In this document: positions 12,450 to 36,240 of the stretch, in pieces
Layout: the number at the start of each line of letters is the position of its first letter
How positions within the stretch are numbered: the stretch's first letter is position 1
Origin: Takakia lepidozioides
Lineage: Eukaryota; Plantae; Bryophyta
Assembly: GCA_030704615.1 (NCBI GenBank)
Contig: CM060731.1
Span: forward strand, 20,150,001 to 20,214,000
DNA length: 64,000 nucleotides
Direction of reading: 5' to 3'
Translations under genes and position numbers: made by a program
Notes under the pieces: generated by a model
Database searches by the model: none
What the model saw: the letters and a program-made list of their open reading frames with translations, nothing else
Told to the model about the DNA's origin: nothing

Positions 12450-12730
12450 GAACTGAAATTTCTGCAAGGATGCACTCAAGTCACATGAACTTTGGAGGTC
12501 TGCCAGTGAGTCATGGTAAAAAAAGCTGCTGATACAGTTGGAGAGTCTGAAAATGCACCTCAGGGCAGAAAAATCTCTAGAGATGGGGAGCTTCAATTTT
12601 CTAGATTGGGGAGTGAACAAGAGGCAGAACTGGTTGAAAATGCTCCTTGCAGCTGCACACTTCAGTGGCTGCCATCAGAATGGCAAAAGAGTTCACCTAG
12701 GACAGTGGTATCAGGAACCTCAGGATTGTG
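12450..12730 (+). pseudogene. Diverged inverted paralogue of the 9.9-10.3 kb relic exon
   Basis: EMGSFNFLDW / SEQEAELVENAP..LQWLPSEWQKS aligns with EMGKFDFLNWVSEQEKELVDSVP..LERLPSERRKS on the opposite strand. Confidence 0.65.
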
Positions 12731-13503
12731 AGGAGAGAGAAAACCATGGAGTGGTACAAACTGACAATCATGGTAGTGGTTTCCTCATTGTCTGTATCAT
12801 ACTTTGCCCTCATATTTGGAAGGGATGCATTTTCTTCCATGCATGTTGTTTCCTGTTGTTAGTTTGGATTCACTCAGCTCCTTTTCTGGGGGGTTTCTCC
12901 CTCCCCCCACCAGCACCCCGGACTTGGCAAGAGCCCTCCTGTGAATACAAATCACAGCGGAATGGGTTGATAATGCAGGTTCTTGACATACTGATTGGAA
13001 TCCTCAGTACCTGTGGTATCCCAGGAAGGACTCAGACAAGAATTACATGTCTCCACAGTAGTTCCTTTTGGTTCCCTTTTATAATTAGACCTCTACGGGA
13101 TCATTGCTGCTCTGTTGCGTTGGTGACTTGTCAACAGAGCTCGGTACATTTCGTTTTCTGAAATTGGAAGTTGGAGCGACCGCTTGACGATAGCGGCCGA
13201 ATTTCGGTGCGCGGGTAGGGTAGATTACGTTGTTGCTTGATTGGCAGAACCGGATTTAACGTGGAAATGCAAATAAAAACCAGCGTGATGCCTGAAGGCT
13301 GTATGTGTGATTTATGGATGATTGAAAAGCCGAACTTGTAATGTGCAAGCCATGGCTTAGTATGCAGGCAGTGGCATTACACGGCGGGAAAATGGTGATA
13401 TCAGGAATTTCAGCTATGTCGGCGGAAGTGTAATATTATTGGAGGAAGAGATTTCCTTGGCTGCAGCAATTCACTACCTTCGCAACAAAGTACTGGGAGA
13501 GAG

Positions 13504-16500
13504 ATGCTGCAGGGCGCATCAAGCTCGTCCAAAGGACTCGCGCCACGAATTTATTTGTCTGATTCCTCAGATGATGAATCAGAAAGGAGGGAGAAGGCTC
13601 TGGACTACTACAAGGTGGCAGTGGGGTCAGCATCAGGTGCTGATGGCAGATGTAACCTGGAGATCCTAGACAAAGCCGTGGCATATTTGCTGTCAATATT
13701 CCCTAAATTGTGTCCTCAAGTAGCTGCTGCCAAATTGTCATCTCAGTTGAAGCGAACGTCTGTGGAGCTAGCTTTGCAGCGGATTACTGAGCAATTCCTG
13801 GAGCATGGCCTCCCGGCGCCTAAGGTGGAACAACAGGAGGGTGCGACATCAGGTGAAAAGGATGTCCGACTTCAGAGCAGTTTGGAGGGGTTTAGTAAGC
13901 CTGATGATGCTGAAGAGCAGGTGGAACCGTTTAAGCTGGACACCGTACCTTCAGAGGTGGTATCAGAGTATAAGGACTGGTGTAATCACCAGTTAACTGT
14001 TGAGTTTCCCAGAGCCTCCATGTCCGTTATAAAGAAATCTCTGAAAATGCACAAGGGAAGATTTGGGCCAGCGTACAGGACTATTAAGCATGCATATGAA
14101 CTCGCCCTTGCCAAGGAAAAGAATTGCCCTGCTGACACAGGTATGGAGTTCTTCTTTGTGGTCTTGGCAAGAGTCAAATTGTGTTTCAATATGCATACTT
14201 GGCTTTGTTTTCGTCGTGGAGAGAGATGTCACTTTGAGAAATAGGTTTTCAAGAAATTATCTAACCCTTCAATTTCTATCGCACGCATCTATCTGCAATT
14301 TCACATACTTCGTATTAGGACTGCTTCATGGGTTGGATGTGACTCTGTGCACATTCTTCATTTTTGAGGTTTTTTCAGAGCTTCCTATTGGTTTGGAGAC
14401 AAAACCTGTGGAGGGGCTGGGTGGAGGGCTGAAGCTCCTGAAGAATGTCAGAGTCCCTTTGAAAGCAAGTGCATTACGTCCCTGTCCATTCTTTGAAAAA
14501 GAATGGACTGCTCTGCAGCTCGCCTTCTCAAAGGTCCAAGAGCAACAGGATGAAGCTGTTGCAAAAGAGCTTAACGAGAAAGAATATGTATCATCAGGGC
14601 AGCAGATTGAGTGTGGGTGTTGTTATTCTGACTACCCTTTTGAGGAGATGGCTCAGGTATTTCCTGCTGGGTTTGTGGGATAGACAAGCTGGGTTCTTCT
14701 ATAGATACAATGTGGTTCAAAACAATGAGCATCAAGAGAGCATCAACAACAATACGATATTACTGAAATTGTCTTTCTTCCATGGTAAGAGTTTTGGCAT
14801 GTTGTGACTTAGTCTTTGTTCATCAGTTGGTGAAATTTGAATACCTCTGTGAACCCAATAGATGTGCTGTGTGTGCAAGCTAGGGTGTAGTAAGAAATGG
14901 AAGCTGATGGCAGTGTGCAGAAGGGCACCTCTTTTGTTTTGGCTGCTTGCGACGTCAAGTAGAGGAGTCTACTTTTGGTGGGTTACAAGCTCGTGGCGCT
15001 CTCCCTTGCATGGATACTGATGGCTGCACTGAATCTTTCCCTTTGTCCGAGGTACATTACCTTCTTATTGGGAATTCCAGGTGCTGCAATTCTATCGACA
15101 CCCTTAACGCTTGCTGCTCCTGGCTGTTACTAATGATGATTCTACCATTTTTCCTTTGAACTTGGAGCTTGTACTTCATCACGCCTCTGATAATTGTAAT
15201 TCCTACATGGATGAAGCCGTAAATAGATTCATGGCACCTACCATGGGTTTTCCAAGAAATCTCTCAAGTCATGGTGATGAGGAGGTTTTGTGCAGAATGG
15301 CTTTAATGCAATTGGATGTATTGAGGTGACAGGTGAGACGAGCACTGCCACCTGAAGTTTTGTTGAAGTATGAGCAGCGTCAGGCTGAAGATGCAGTTGC
15401 TCGAGCTAAGATCCCAGGGCTGGTGAGGATGACAATGTTACTGTCCAGTTGTTATGTCACACAAATGCTTTGGAATTGTTGCTGCCGAAGTGGATCTCTG
15501 TATGATTTGTTAGCACAAAAGTGTGATAAATTTGAACTTGGCCAAAGGGAGGACTGTCATCCACCTTGGAGTGATTTTGGAGAGAAGGGTTTGCACTACA
15601 ACACTTCGAGTGACCAGAGATTTGCAACTTGGGGTAGTAATAGTGTGGCTGCTTCATGTCTAGGAAGTATTGACCTCTGGCAGTGTGCGCTGCAGGTCTA
15701 TTGTCCATTTTGTAACATGCCGTGGCAGGTGGATCCAGAGCTGCGTGTTCTGGAGTGCCCTAATGAAACCTGTCGAAAGGTGGTTGGTTTTTCTTTTGAT
15801 CCACAAAATTGAACAGTCAATTGCAAGAATTGACAAGTTATCTTGTTTAAGCCACCTGGACTGACAATCTCAATTTAGATTTTCTCTCAACTAAACATTG
15901 TCTCAAAGTTCTATATCACTTATGAGACAGTGAAATGGTGTCAAGTTTTCAGTCCTGTATACATTCAACATCATGAGGATAGGCTGTTGGACCCTTGCTC
16001 ATAAGTCAGGAGAGAAGGAAGGGGTGAAATCCTGGTGCGTCCTTGTCTTGGATGTGAGTAGGAAAGTGCGATTTGGTTTGTCTACAAGTAGATGGGTGAA
16101 AGGAAGTCCCATTGAGTGTGAATTTGAGGGTGTATTATGTTCCCAGGCATCCTGTATTCTTTGCAAGGAGCCCAGTCATCTGCCGCTTCGCTGTGAAGAA
16201 GCTGAGAAGGTGTGTATTGACCAGCTGTGCACTGTATTAGTCGGTTTTTCTTTCAGTAAACTCCTGAAAGTGGAAAGTTTTTACCACTTTCTGCAATAAC
16301 ACACTCATCAAACAGTAAGGGAAGAAGAAAATTAAGAATTCTTGGTCTAGGTTTCACCTTCTAATTTTTCTCCTCTGTAACTGACCTCCTCAGCACACTT
16401 TCTTCCATGCACCGCCACATGGACTACATTTCAAACAAACAAACAAATTCAATTAAATTTGTGGAAGCTTCAAATCTCAATAATACGTATGCTTCTTTAG

Positions 16501-18618
16501 TTCTTCCATACGAGTTCCGAGTTTGACTGCTTGATTGCACACCATCACCCTGGTCATATTTCCCTCTCCCATCATGAGGTGTTGATTTCTGTATCCAAGG
16601 GATGCAACCCAACATGATTAAATGTAACTGGATGTAAATTTTTGAAGGCCTGCATTGCTGAAAGGTGCTGTCTGCCACATGATTTACAATCAAGCTCATA
16701 TTTCGTGTTGGTTTCCATGTGAAAGTGGGAGTGTTTGCACCCACCTTTTCAAAGTAGAAAAGGCTAGGGGCTGCGTGCTAGTTGATGTGAAAATCAATTG
16801 TTTGTTTGCTGGTGGGTTATGCAGAAGTCTGAGACCTGTCTTAGGAGGCGAATTGAGGAGGTAAGCTAGTTCACCAGAAGCTTTCTTGACTTCCGAGTAC
16901 CTAGGATCCATACACCTGCATTGAGATAGGCTAGACGACAGGTCTCTGTTTGTTTTTCTGTAATGTGTTCCTATGCTGACCTTTTTCAAGTTGTGACTTA
17001 CCTAACTTTCTGTTAAATGTGCCATTCACTTATCTTCCCACAGTTGGGAAGTTGGAAATCAATGCTGAGATTGTTTGTGGATTTGTGCAGCTCATGACGA
17101 AAGCTCTTATAAGAGAATGCAATTCTTGCAGAGCAGAGTTGGTGAAAAGTGACGGCTGCAATAAGGTAAACCTATCAACAATATTGTATGGCTCCAAAAC
17201 AGCTCCATGAAGTTAGAATGTACTCATAAGATGTTGTTTGCCGTAGTGTTCCATGAATTAGGGTTGACACTGCAGAGGGCCATCCTCTGGATACTGGATA
17301 TCTTCTTCCAGCTAGACTTAGGAGCATTGGTTGCTGCATCAACCGATCAAGTTGCACCGTCCTTGTCTACCTTGTTACCACTTTTGAGGGGATTTGAACC
17401 CAGTTTGGTCGGTGGAGGATGGCGGTTTTGAAAAGTTTTTAATTTGGGAACTCTAACTCTCTCCGAAGAGGGAGAGTGGATGGTTTTCTGTGGTTTTCCA
17501 AATTTATTTTCCTCTAATTAAGGGAGTCGTTGACTCTCAGAGGTGAAAGGTCATATAAACGGCATAGGGGAATGTGTCTATCTGCAGCTGTTTTGTGCAT
17601 TCTGATGCATCTTCTGTCTATTTTCCTGACCTTTGACATAGTTGTCTGTTCTTAGGTGACGTGCAGATGTGGACAGACCATGTGCTACGTGTGTCGGAAG
17701 TCGATTCAAGCCAATTATTCGCACTTCTGCCAGGTTACTTGCTCTGTTCTCTTCCGGTGCTTACAATGGCATTGGATATAATTTCAAAACACATTTTACT
17801 GTCAAATTATCTGGAATATCTCAGTGCTGTGTTGCATTGCTGAGGTTCGTCTGGAAACAGGGGCCGTGTGTCCCGAAAGAGGGAGGGATTAGGTTACGTT
17901 GGACCGGCAGTTTGCCCCGTGTTTGGCAAGGATCCCAGTAGTGTATTTTTCTGCTCTTGCTTTGCTTTAAAGCTTGCATCAACTTTTTACTCTTTCAGTC
18001 CACTGCATTGAAGGTTGAATTATCAAGAAAGTGACGAATCTCCTCTACTCTCTACTTATAGAGGGTTGTGTGTCTTGTTCACAGCATACGTGGGAACCAG
18101 GGAAGCCTTGTCTGCGGTGTGAGCTGTGTCATCTGTGGGAACAGGTAACTGCCACTTAATTTGTCAGGATCATTGGAAGAAACTGGAATTATCATTCCTT
18201 GGCTTTATGGGTATTGAACAAGGATTATACAGGTTGCGTGCATTTGAGGGCCTTCCATCTGAGGGTTACAGTGACCCCACTGTGGACTTGTTGAAACCTT
18301 CTGTTGCCGAACAGTGCCCTTGACCTTCTGCTGCTTTTGTTGATAGAATGTACTGTCAAGTGTCAGGAGGAGGAGCAGGAGGTGGTGAATGCTGCCAAAG
18401 AGGCAGCAATGAAGGAGATCGCTGACAAGGAGCCAAGTTTGTTGAAGCGCCCAATTGGACCCAAGCCAGAGCCACCGCCTAAAAAGCGTCAACAGCTTCC
18501 GCCAGCCCACCAACCTCCGTTCCTGCCTGGCCACCCTATACCTTTCCCCCTTGAAAATTTGGCTCAATATGCTCAAGCCATGGCCGATGCTGCCATGAAT
18601 GGCAACATGTCTGATTAA
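13504..18618 (+). CDS. RBR (RING-IBR-RING2) E3 ubiquitin ligase, RNF216/TRIAD3-like; exons 13504-14140, 14379-14656, 14914-15051, 15333-15422, 15696-15779, 16147-16209, 16825-16860, 17091-17165, 17656-17733, 18085-18144, 18367-18618
   Basis: [28 protein letters not shown] (RING1), YCPFC..LECPNETCRKASCILCKEPSHLPLRCEE (IBR), [30 protein letters not shown].LW (RING2 with catalytic Cys plus RNF216-type tail). GT-AG introns in phase. Start codon uncertain. Confidence 0.85.
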
Positions 18619-19779
18619 TTTGCTCCAAGAGCTCCATCTGGCCTTCACACTGGTTGTATTGCCTAGAAATGATGAGACAAAAGAGCACATGTGCGCCAAC
18701 AGATTTTTTCGGACTTGTTTGGAGGGATTGGATTGTAGCTTATACCAATACTTGCGGAAGAAATGGTAGTGCAACTGTGCATCGGTTTCTGTGGGTTCAA
18801 ATTTTTTGGCCATTTTCTGAGAGGAGATGTCATTGGTTTTAACGTTTTGAGGTTGTTAAACCATTAACAAATGCGTTCAATGTGAACCCTCTCTTCTTCG
18901 CTCTTGGCGGCTACTTTCCTTAAAATTATGAGGAAGTTGTGCTTTTTGTTAAGGCTGTTTGAAGCCCTTGTGGCAAACAAAGGGAGCAAAGTAGTGGCTA
19001 AGAAACCTAGGAGATAATCTGGGAGTTGAATCAAAAGTGGCCATTCCAAGCATCCAATGGTTATATCGAATTGCCTGCTACAGTCTACAAATTTTCTAAA
19101 TAGGTTAGTGAACTTGAGACTTGGGGCCTGAGTGATGCATTGAAAGGCCTTCCAAGGCAAGATCAGAGTTTTTGGCATTCACAAGATTCAACATAATGCA
19201 CTGTATGACTGAAGTCTGTGTCTGAGCTGGGTTGAGCCATCACATCTAGAACACTGCTCAACAGGTTTCCAGTAATCAGGGGATCTCAAGGTCGCACCAA
19301 TTAGTGAGCATATGCAGGGGAAATGGCTTGAAGAGCTTATCCTTGAGCTTTCAGTGCACCATGTCAAGCCCAGGCCAAAAAAGGTGTCATGAGAAGGCGA
19401 TTCTTGATTTTTAGTATGTCCTAGCGATCCCCGAGCCGAATTTAGGTATTGACACGATCATTACCCCTTGATCATGAGCTCCATTTGCAGCTTGCAAAAG
19501 TGAGCTAGTTTACCTCATCTGGGAAATAGCAAAAACAAGAGTTTCTGGGATGGTGCCAAATGTAGCATACATACAAGAGAGCACCCCAACTGCTATATTG
19601 AATTTGATAGTGACAAAAAGGGGAATTTGGAATCCCGGCAGGAATTCATTACAAAAAGAACGGGCAGTGATTGTAATTTACATTCAAACATATTCACTGC
19701 TACAGCAAAGACCTGAAAGTCCCAGTGTTTGTGATTGAACTTTATCTTGAGCAAGAACCGCAGCAAAGACCTGAAGGTC

Positions 19780-30982
<11,203 letters not shown>

Positions 30983-31386
30983 GGATCGTTAGCCCCTCCC
31001 CTAGCCTCTGCATACACACGCACACTCAAGCGCGAGAGAGACGGGGAAGATGAAGTGGCGAAAGGGTATCGCCACGACTGAGCCTTTGCGGCTTCGCCGT
31101 GGCTATATTTTAGGTCTGGATTAGTTAGAGTTTTGTTACTAATCACGAGCTAATTAGTTAGTAATGTGTAACACCCCAGTATTTAGGTAAGCCGCTTAAC
31201 ATAATTATTGCTTTAAGTACAGCAAGGAGAGGATTCTCATCCATCTATGCTTCTGTTCATCCTGACACGCGGGAGCTTCTGCGAGCATGAATGTTGGCGG
31301 CTGCCGACGTGGAAAATATCTTTGGTTTGCCATGTGGCATAGGTTCAGATAAAGTACAGCCTAACTTAGATCCTGACGTAGTTTTC

Positions 31387-31871
31387 CAGTGTTGTTCTGG
31401 TATCAGGTTTAGGGTTTAGGACATACCAGTCTGGTCTATAAAATGGTGGATGTATTTTATTTTTTTCCAGATACTGGTATGAGTTTTGAGTATCACGAGC
31501 ACAATACCAGCTGGTATGAGATATCAATTCTGGTATCATTCCAAAGCCATCTTGAATTACAGGTTTATCGAATAGCAAGTATCAAGTGAAAACAAATAGG
31601 TACAATACATATGAAGAACGAAATATATATGAGTACAAGTATGTAGGCATTTGTACACATAAATGAGTGTAGTACACATACCAGAGTAAATGAGGAAGAG
31701 GGGGGGGGGGTTTACTGGTATTGTGGCTAGTATGAAAAATCTAATACCAGCCTGGTCTGGTATATGACCAAGTATTCTCACAAATGATACCAGACTGGTC
31801 TGGTATCTAATACCATTGCATATACCAGTACACATACCAGTCCTTCACCTCTATATACCAGTCTAACACTA
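31387..31871. mobile_element. Non-autonomous TIR element (hAT-like MITE) upstream of PARP1
   Basis: Imperfect TIR CAGTGTTGTTCTGGTAT / TAGTGTTAGACTGGTAT and about 15 ATACCAG/CTGGTAT motifs in both orientations. No 8-bp TSD found. Confidence 0.55.
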
Positions 31872-32568
31872 TTTCCCCCACTTTGCTTCAAAACAGAATT
31901 CTGCCTTGCAATTGATCACTGGATCTCATTTATTTGTTGGCCCATCCCTTAAGAGGCCGAGACTACACATCATTGTCAAAAGTCCTTGCGATCACTTTCC
32001 CAGATCAAACCTGCACTGAATACACCAGCTACTTGGCAAAGCCTTTACAAAATACACTCAATTATTTTTATTTTTATTTTTTAAAATAAAAGGCGTTGGC
32101 CATTTACTTTATTGGAGAGGAAAATTTTAAAACCCCCATGATGCCATAAGGCAGAGTGCGCATCCAAGGGATGAGGGACGAGCCCACACTAAAGCGAGAG
32201 AGACCGCCGAAATGGCAATTGCTGATGGCCATAAAGGCCCCTTGGAGATGAAGATGGGCAACCTTTGTGAGCCATACCACCACCCCAGGATATGATGGTT
32301 TAAATGCCTATAATTATTTATATTGTAGTTATATATTATTATATTCGATAAATGATATATAGTATATATTTTCATCGTAATACTATCCAATTTTAATATT
32401 AAATCCAATTTTATTTTTCCTTTCTCTCTTTGGTTATCTTAAACATTTTTGGCTAAAAAATGATTTGTTGTTGTTTTGGGGAATTGATCCCAAGATCAAT
32501 GTCCTTGCTCAAGAGAGCATTTATATGGGTTGGTGTTTTAGTATCCACATTTTTCCCCACCTTCCACA

Positions 32569-34130
32569 GCCTCTCATTTTAAGATAATAGGGTCTTCAAT
32601 GGGCGCTTGCGATGTGGCCGGTGGGCCCCGCGCACGGACGCCCGGCTCCGCCCGCCGTTGCGAGCGGTCGCCCAGCCGCGGGCGCGGCTGCAGCAACCGC
32701 GCCCGCGCTCCCGTCCGCTGCGCGACCGGTCCCCCGCCCATGAGTCCGCTGCCCTCCAGTCTGCCAATCCGCCAGTCTGCCCGCCAGTCCGGTGCTGGCC
32801 AGTCCGCTGCCTAGCAGTCGGCCAGTCGGCCAGTCCCCCGCCCATGAGTCCGCTGCCCTCCAGTCTGCCAGTCCGCCAGTCTGCCCGCCAGTCCGCTAGC
32901 CAGTCCTCTGCCATCCAGTCCGCTGACGGCGCAGGATTTCCACCGTCCATTCTCATAACCCATCCGAGCCCTTCATTTTTAGGGCTGCGAAAATGGCAAT
33001 GATCTTGCCACCAAATCCCGGCCACTCTCTTTTTACGGCTGTTTGTTGTCCGATGTTGCGGTAGGTGTTTCCATGCACGCGACTGTTCCTCTTTTGCGCG
33101 CGATGTTCATGATGATGATGAAGCGTGTGCTTGAACATGAGAGGACTGTCTCGGCACTACAGCCACCATCGTGCATATGCTTCCACTATTTTTGCCTTCT
33201 TGTTGTGCTTTCGGGAACCTTCGTTTTATGGTTTGGTTCTATGTCATAAATATGGAAAATGCGGACATCTGTCGTCGATAACGTCCCCTGCTTGTGATCC
33301 GTCATGATACGTTTAGCCCCTTCGTACTGCATCCCTCATGAGAGCCTTCACAAGTTTAGTTCGTTAAATAAACCCATGGGTAACATGGGCGTGAAAATGG
33401 CAGAAGCGTATGCACATGGGGGCGTGTATTGCAGATTTCGTATCGGACGATGGGACTGTTTATGTGACCAAGTATAGCAGCTTGTATCCGTCGTGCATAA
33501 GTTGTGGAAAAGGGTGGAGAATCTGAAGAAACCCAACTTTGTGATGGATCCACATGGTATTATATAAGGGATGGCAGCACAAAAAAACAATTTGAGTCGT
33601 CACGGAACACCATCCAGTCCTAAGGTCCTCAAACATCCACATACACTTGCTGAATGCAGATGTTTGAGCCACGACGGGAGTAGGTGCAGAATGCGGGAGT
33701 AGGTGCAGAATCGGTACATTGTTGCATTTGCCAGGAGACGGACCAGGCTGAGACAATTGCATCTGCAAATGCGCGTGGATGTTTGAGGTCCGTTGTGCGG
33801 CGAGTTTGTTCAGAGTGGGTCCGCTAGCCCGTCAGTGCTCCGGATATTCCCCTTATTGCGTGCATAACAGTCAGTTTGGAGGCAGTCTGCTGGAAGTCCG
33901 TCTGTTGGGATATCAGTCTGTTGCACTTGTGAATTTGTCAGTCTGTTGTGTCGGAAGTCTGTTGCACTAAGTCTGTTCGACTTCTTATTTTTCCTCCGGT
34001 CAGTCTTTTGGGTTGTTCTCCCGCCAGTCTGGCGAAACGTCCGTCTGCTGGACAGTTCTCCTCTATGGATATCAGTCTGTTGGACTGTGCATGCATCAGT
34101 CTGTTGTGCCGCGAGTCTGTTCGCAATGCT
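32569..34130. mobile_element. One-ended relic related to the 55077-55642 element; CAGTCTG micro-repeat arrays
   Basis: Starts GCCTCTCATTTTAAGATAATAGGGTCTTCAATG, like the TIR at 55077/55642. CCAGTC(T/C)G arrays at 32750-32920 (with a ~62-bp direct repeat at 32730/32834) and 33860-34120. Right boundary unknown. Confidence 0.5.
33624..33791. repeat. Short foldback (~33-bp imperfect inverted repeat), possibly a small MITE
   Basis: GGTCCTCAAACATCCACATACACTTGC versus the reverse complement GGACCTCAAACATCCACGCGCATTTGC. No TSD. Confidence 0.45.
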
Positions 34131-35239
34131 TTGTACAATCACCCTTCATTTTTCCGGTGAGAGGACAAATGATAGTTGACCTTCCTTATGAGCTACTTGG
34201 ATATGCCACTAAGGTAAGTGCAGGTCTTGCCCTTGTGGAATAGAGCAGTCTACGGTCGATCATCCATGCCCACAACACTCAATATGGCACTACAACAGAT
34301 CCCAGTTTTTACATCTGTTATTTTTCAGTCGTATCAGTCTTTTACGACTACATGACTGCATGATAAACCCAGTCAGTTGTCACAAATGAGTTGTAAGCGC
34401 CATAGAGTCGTATTTGCCAGTCGTGGTGCTCATTGTTGACGTGGCAAAGGGGACGCCTAATCATAGTCATTGATAAGACCGTAGTAAATGACTGCTAATC
34501 CATGTCAGCTTCACGTGGAACGGAAGGGATATGCCACATGTCATGACAATGGGAAGACGACAGGGTCTTTACGACTGGCACATACAACTTCCGCAGATTA
34601 ACCCCAGGATAACACGTGGAGAAGACTGGACATGACACGTGGAGTCAAATTATGCAGGATGGGGATGTCGTTATGACTGGAACATATGACTTCCATGGCG
34701 CACTCTAGATACTGCACGTGGCACGAGTATCTATGGGCGAACATGAGGGGTGAAAGTGGCACGTGGCGGAGGCTCTATGGATGGGAGGTAGTCAAGTACA
34801 TGACCTTAGTCATGGGCCTAACTCTAGCAGCATTGAAACATGAAAGCACCATTGAAAGCACACGAAAACACCATTGAAACATGGAAGCACATTTGAAATT
34901 GGAACATCTACAATGTGACTTAATGTTCAAAGATCCATTCCATAATCTAATCCGGTGCTACTACAAAAATGCACAAAGCTGCAAAGTCTATATAGACTTC
35001 CAAATGCCTGAGCAGAAGATGCATACACTGGCATCTCTCGAACTTCAGCAATCCACTACGTTCATTAGCAGTGCCTGATTTTATCAATTGTGCCGCTGCT
35101 GCTGCGGCTTCTAGTTGACCATCTACCCATGCAGGTTTCTTGTAGTTATCCTTCCACATTGAATCATAGGTAATCTGGAGCTTGAAAATCCGGCCCTCTT
35201 GGATGAATCTGCACCCACACTCTATCCCTGCTCCTTCAG

Positions 35240-36240
35240 CTATCCATGCCCACGAGGGTATTGTTCATAATCACATCTGGTACAATATTAATTCCAGCTT
35301 TGGTGATGCAACCATGTACCTCTTTGCATGTGCTTTCCATGGCTGCCAGGCTTACACACGCACTGCAAACGCACACAAACATGATGTGGTCGAGCTTCAC
35401 CCCTTCCCCCATCATTTGCTTTCAGGTCTCTAAAGCAACATCCCGCGCTCCTACTCTACACACCCTCACCACAAGGGCATATTTCAGAACAACATCAGTT
35501 CAATTCCAGCTTGGACGATATCACCACGAACCCCGTCTTCACTCATTGCCTACTCTAGTTAAATGCAATTATGGGCTAGGTTGATACCACATCTCATTCA
35601 GCCATATTATCAAACTGCATGCCATTTGTATCATTGTAGTTGTACCCAAACTTGGCATACATGTCCACTACGGCAACATTCAGAATCACATCAGATACAA
35701 TACCAGCTTTGACGATATTACCGTGGACCTCTGTACCCTTTTTCAGGGCTGCCAAGCTTGCATTTGACATACATATCCACCAAGGCAGTGTTTAGAGACA
35801 TCAAGTGGTACAATTCTAGCTTTGACGATGTCACCATGGACCTTTGCGTCCTTTCCAGGGCTACTAGGCTCGCATTTGACATACATGTACACCAGGGGAA
35901 TGTTCAAAATGACATCAAGTATACAATTCCAGCTTTGATGATGTCACCATGAACCTTTTGGCCCCTTCCCAGGGCTTCTAGGCTCGCATATGCATTTTAC
36001 AAACACAAATGAACATGACCTAGTCTGGCTTCATCCTTTCCCATATCATTTGTTCTTAGGTTTCCAAAGCCTTAATCCCACCTTCATGCTGCACATACCT
36101 TGTAATCATGGCACTCCACAACACCACATCTCATTTAGCCATGTTGTCGAACTCTCCCTTCGAATCAAGCTTGTTGCACCCACATTTTGCATACATGTCC
36201 ACCAGGGCAGTGTTCAGAATGACAACTAGTACAATTTCAG
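35240..36240 (-). pseudogene. PLS-class pentatricopeptide repeat (PPR) gene fragment inside the CACTA, including a 112-bp tandem triplication
   Basis: VILNTALVDMYAKCG..FDNMAK*DVVLWSAMITRYVQHEGGIKALET*EQMIWERMKPD*VMFICV, GQKVHGDIIKAG, and MMGEGVKLDHIMFVCVCSACVSLAAMESTCKEVHGCITKAG. Repeat units start near 35656, 35768 and 35880. Confidence 0.85.

Noticed and set aside
12513-12731. ORF as first exon of the RBR gene
   Set aside because: It is a frameshifted paralogue of the 9.9-10.1 kb relic, and no supported splice to 13504 was found.
31167-31380. TGTAACACCCC as the start of a gypsy LTR
   Set aside because: No matching end, TSD, PBS or second copy in the window.
32579-33025. GC-rich ORFs with LADW repeats
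   Set aside because: By-products of the CCAGTC micro-repeat array.
35656-35990. 112-bp tandem units as a CRISPR-like array or satellite
   Set aside because: No repeat-spacer structure; the units are duplicated PPR coding sequence in a eukaryotic context.
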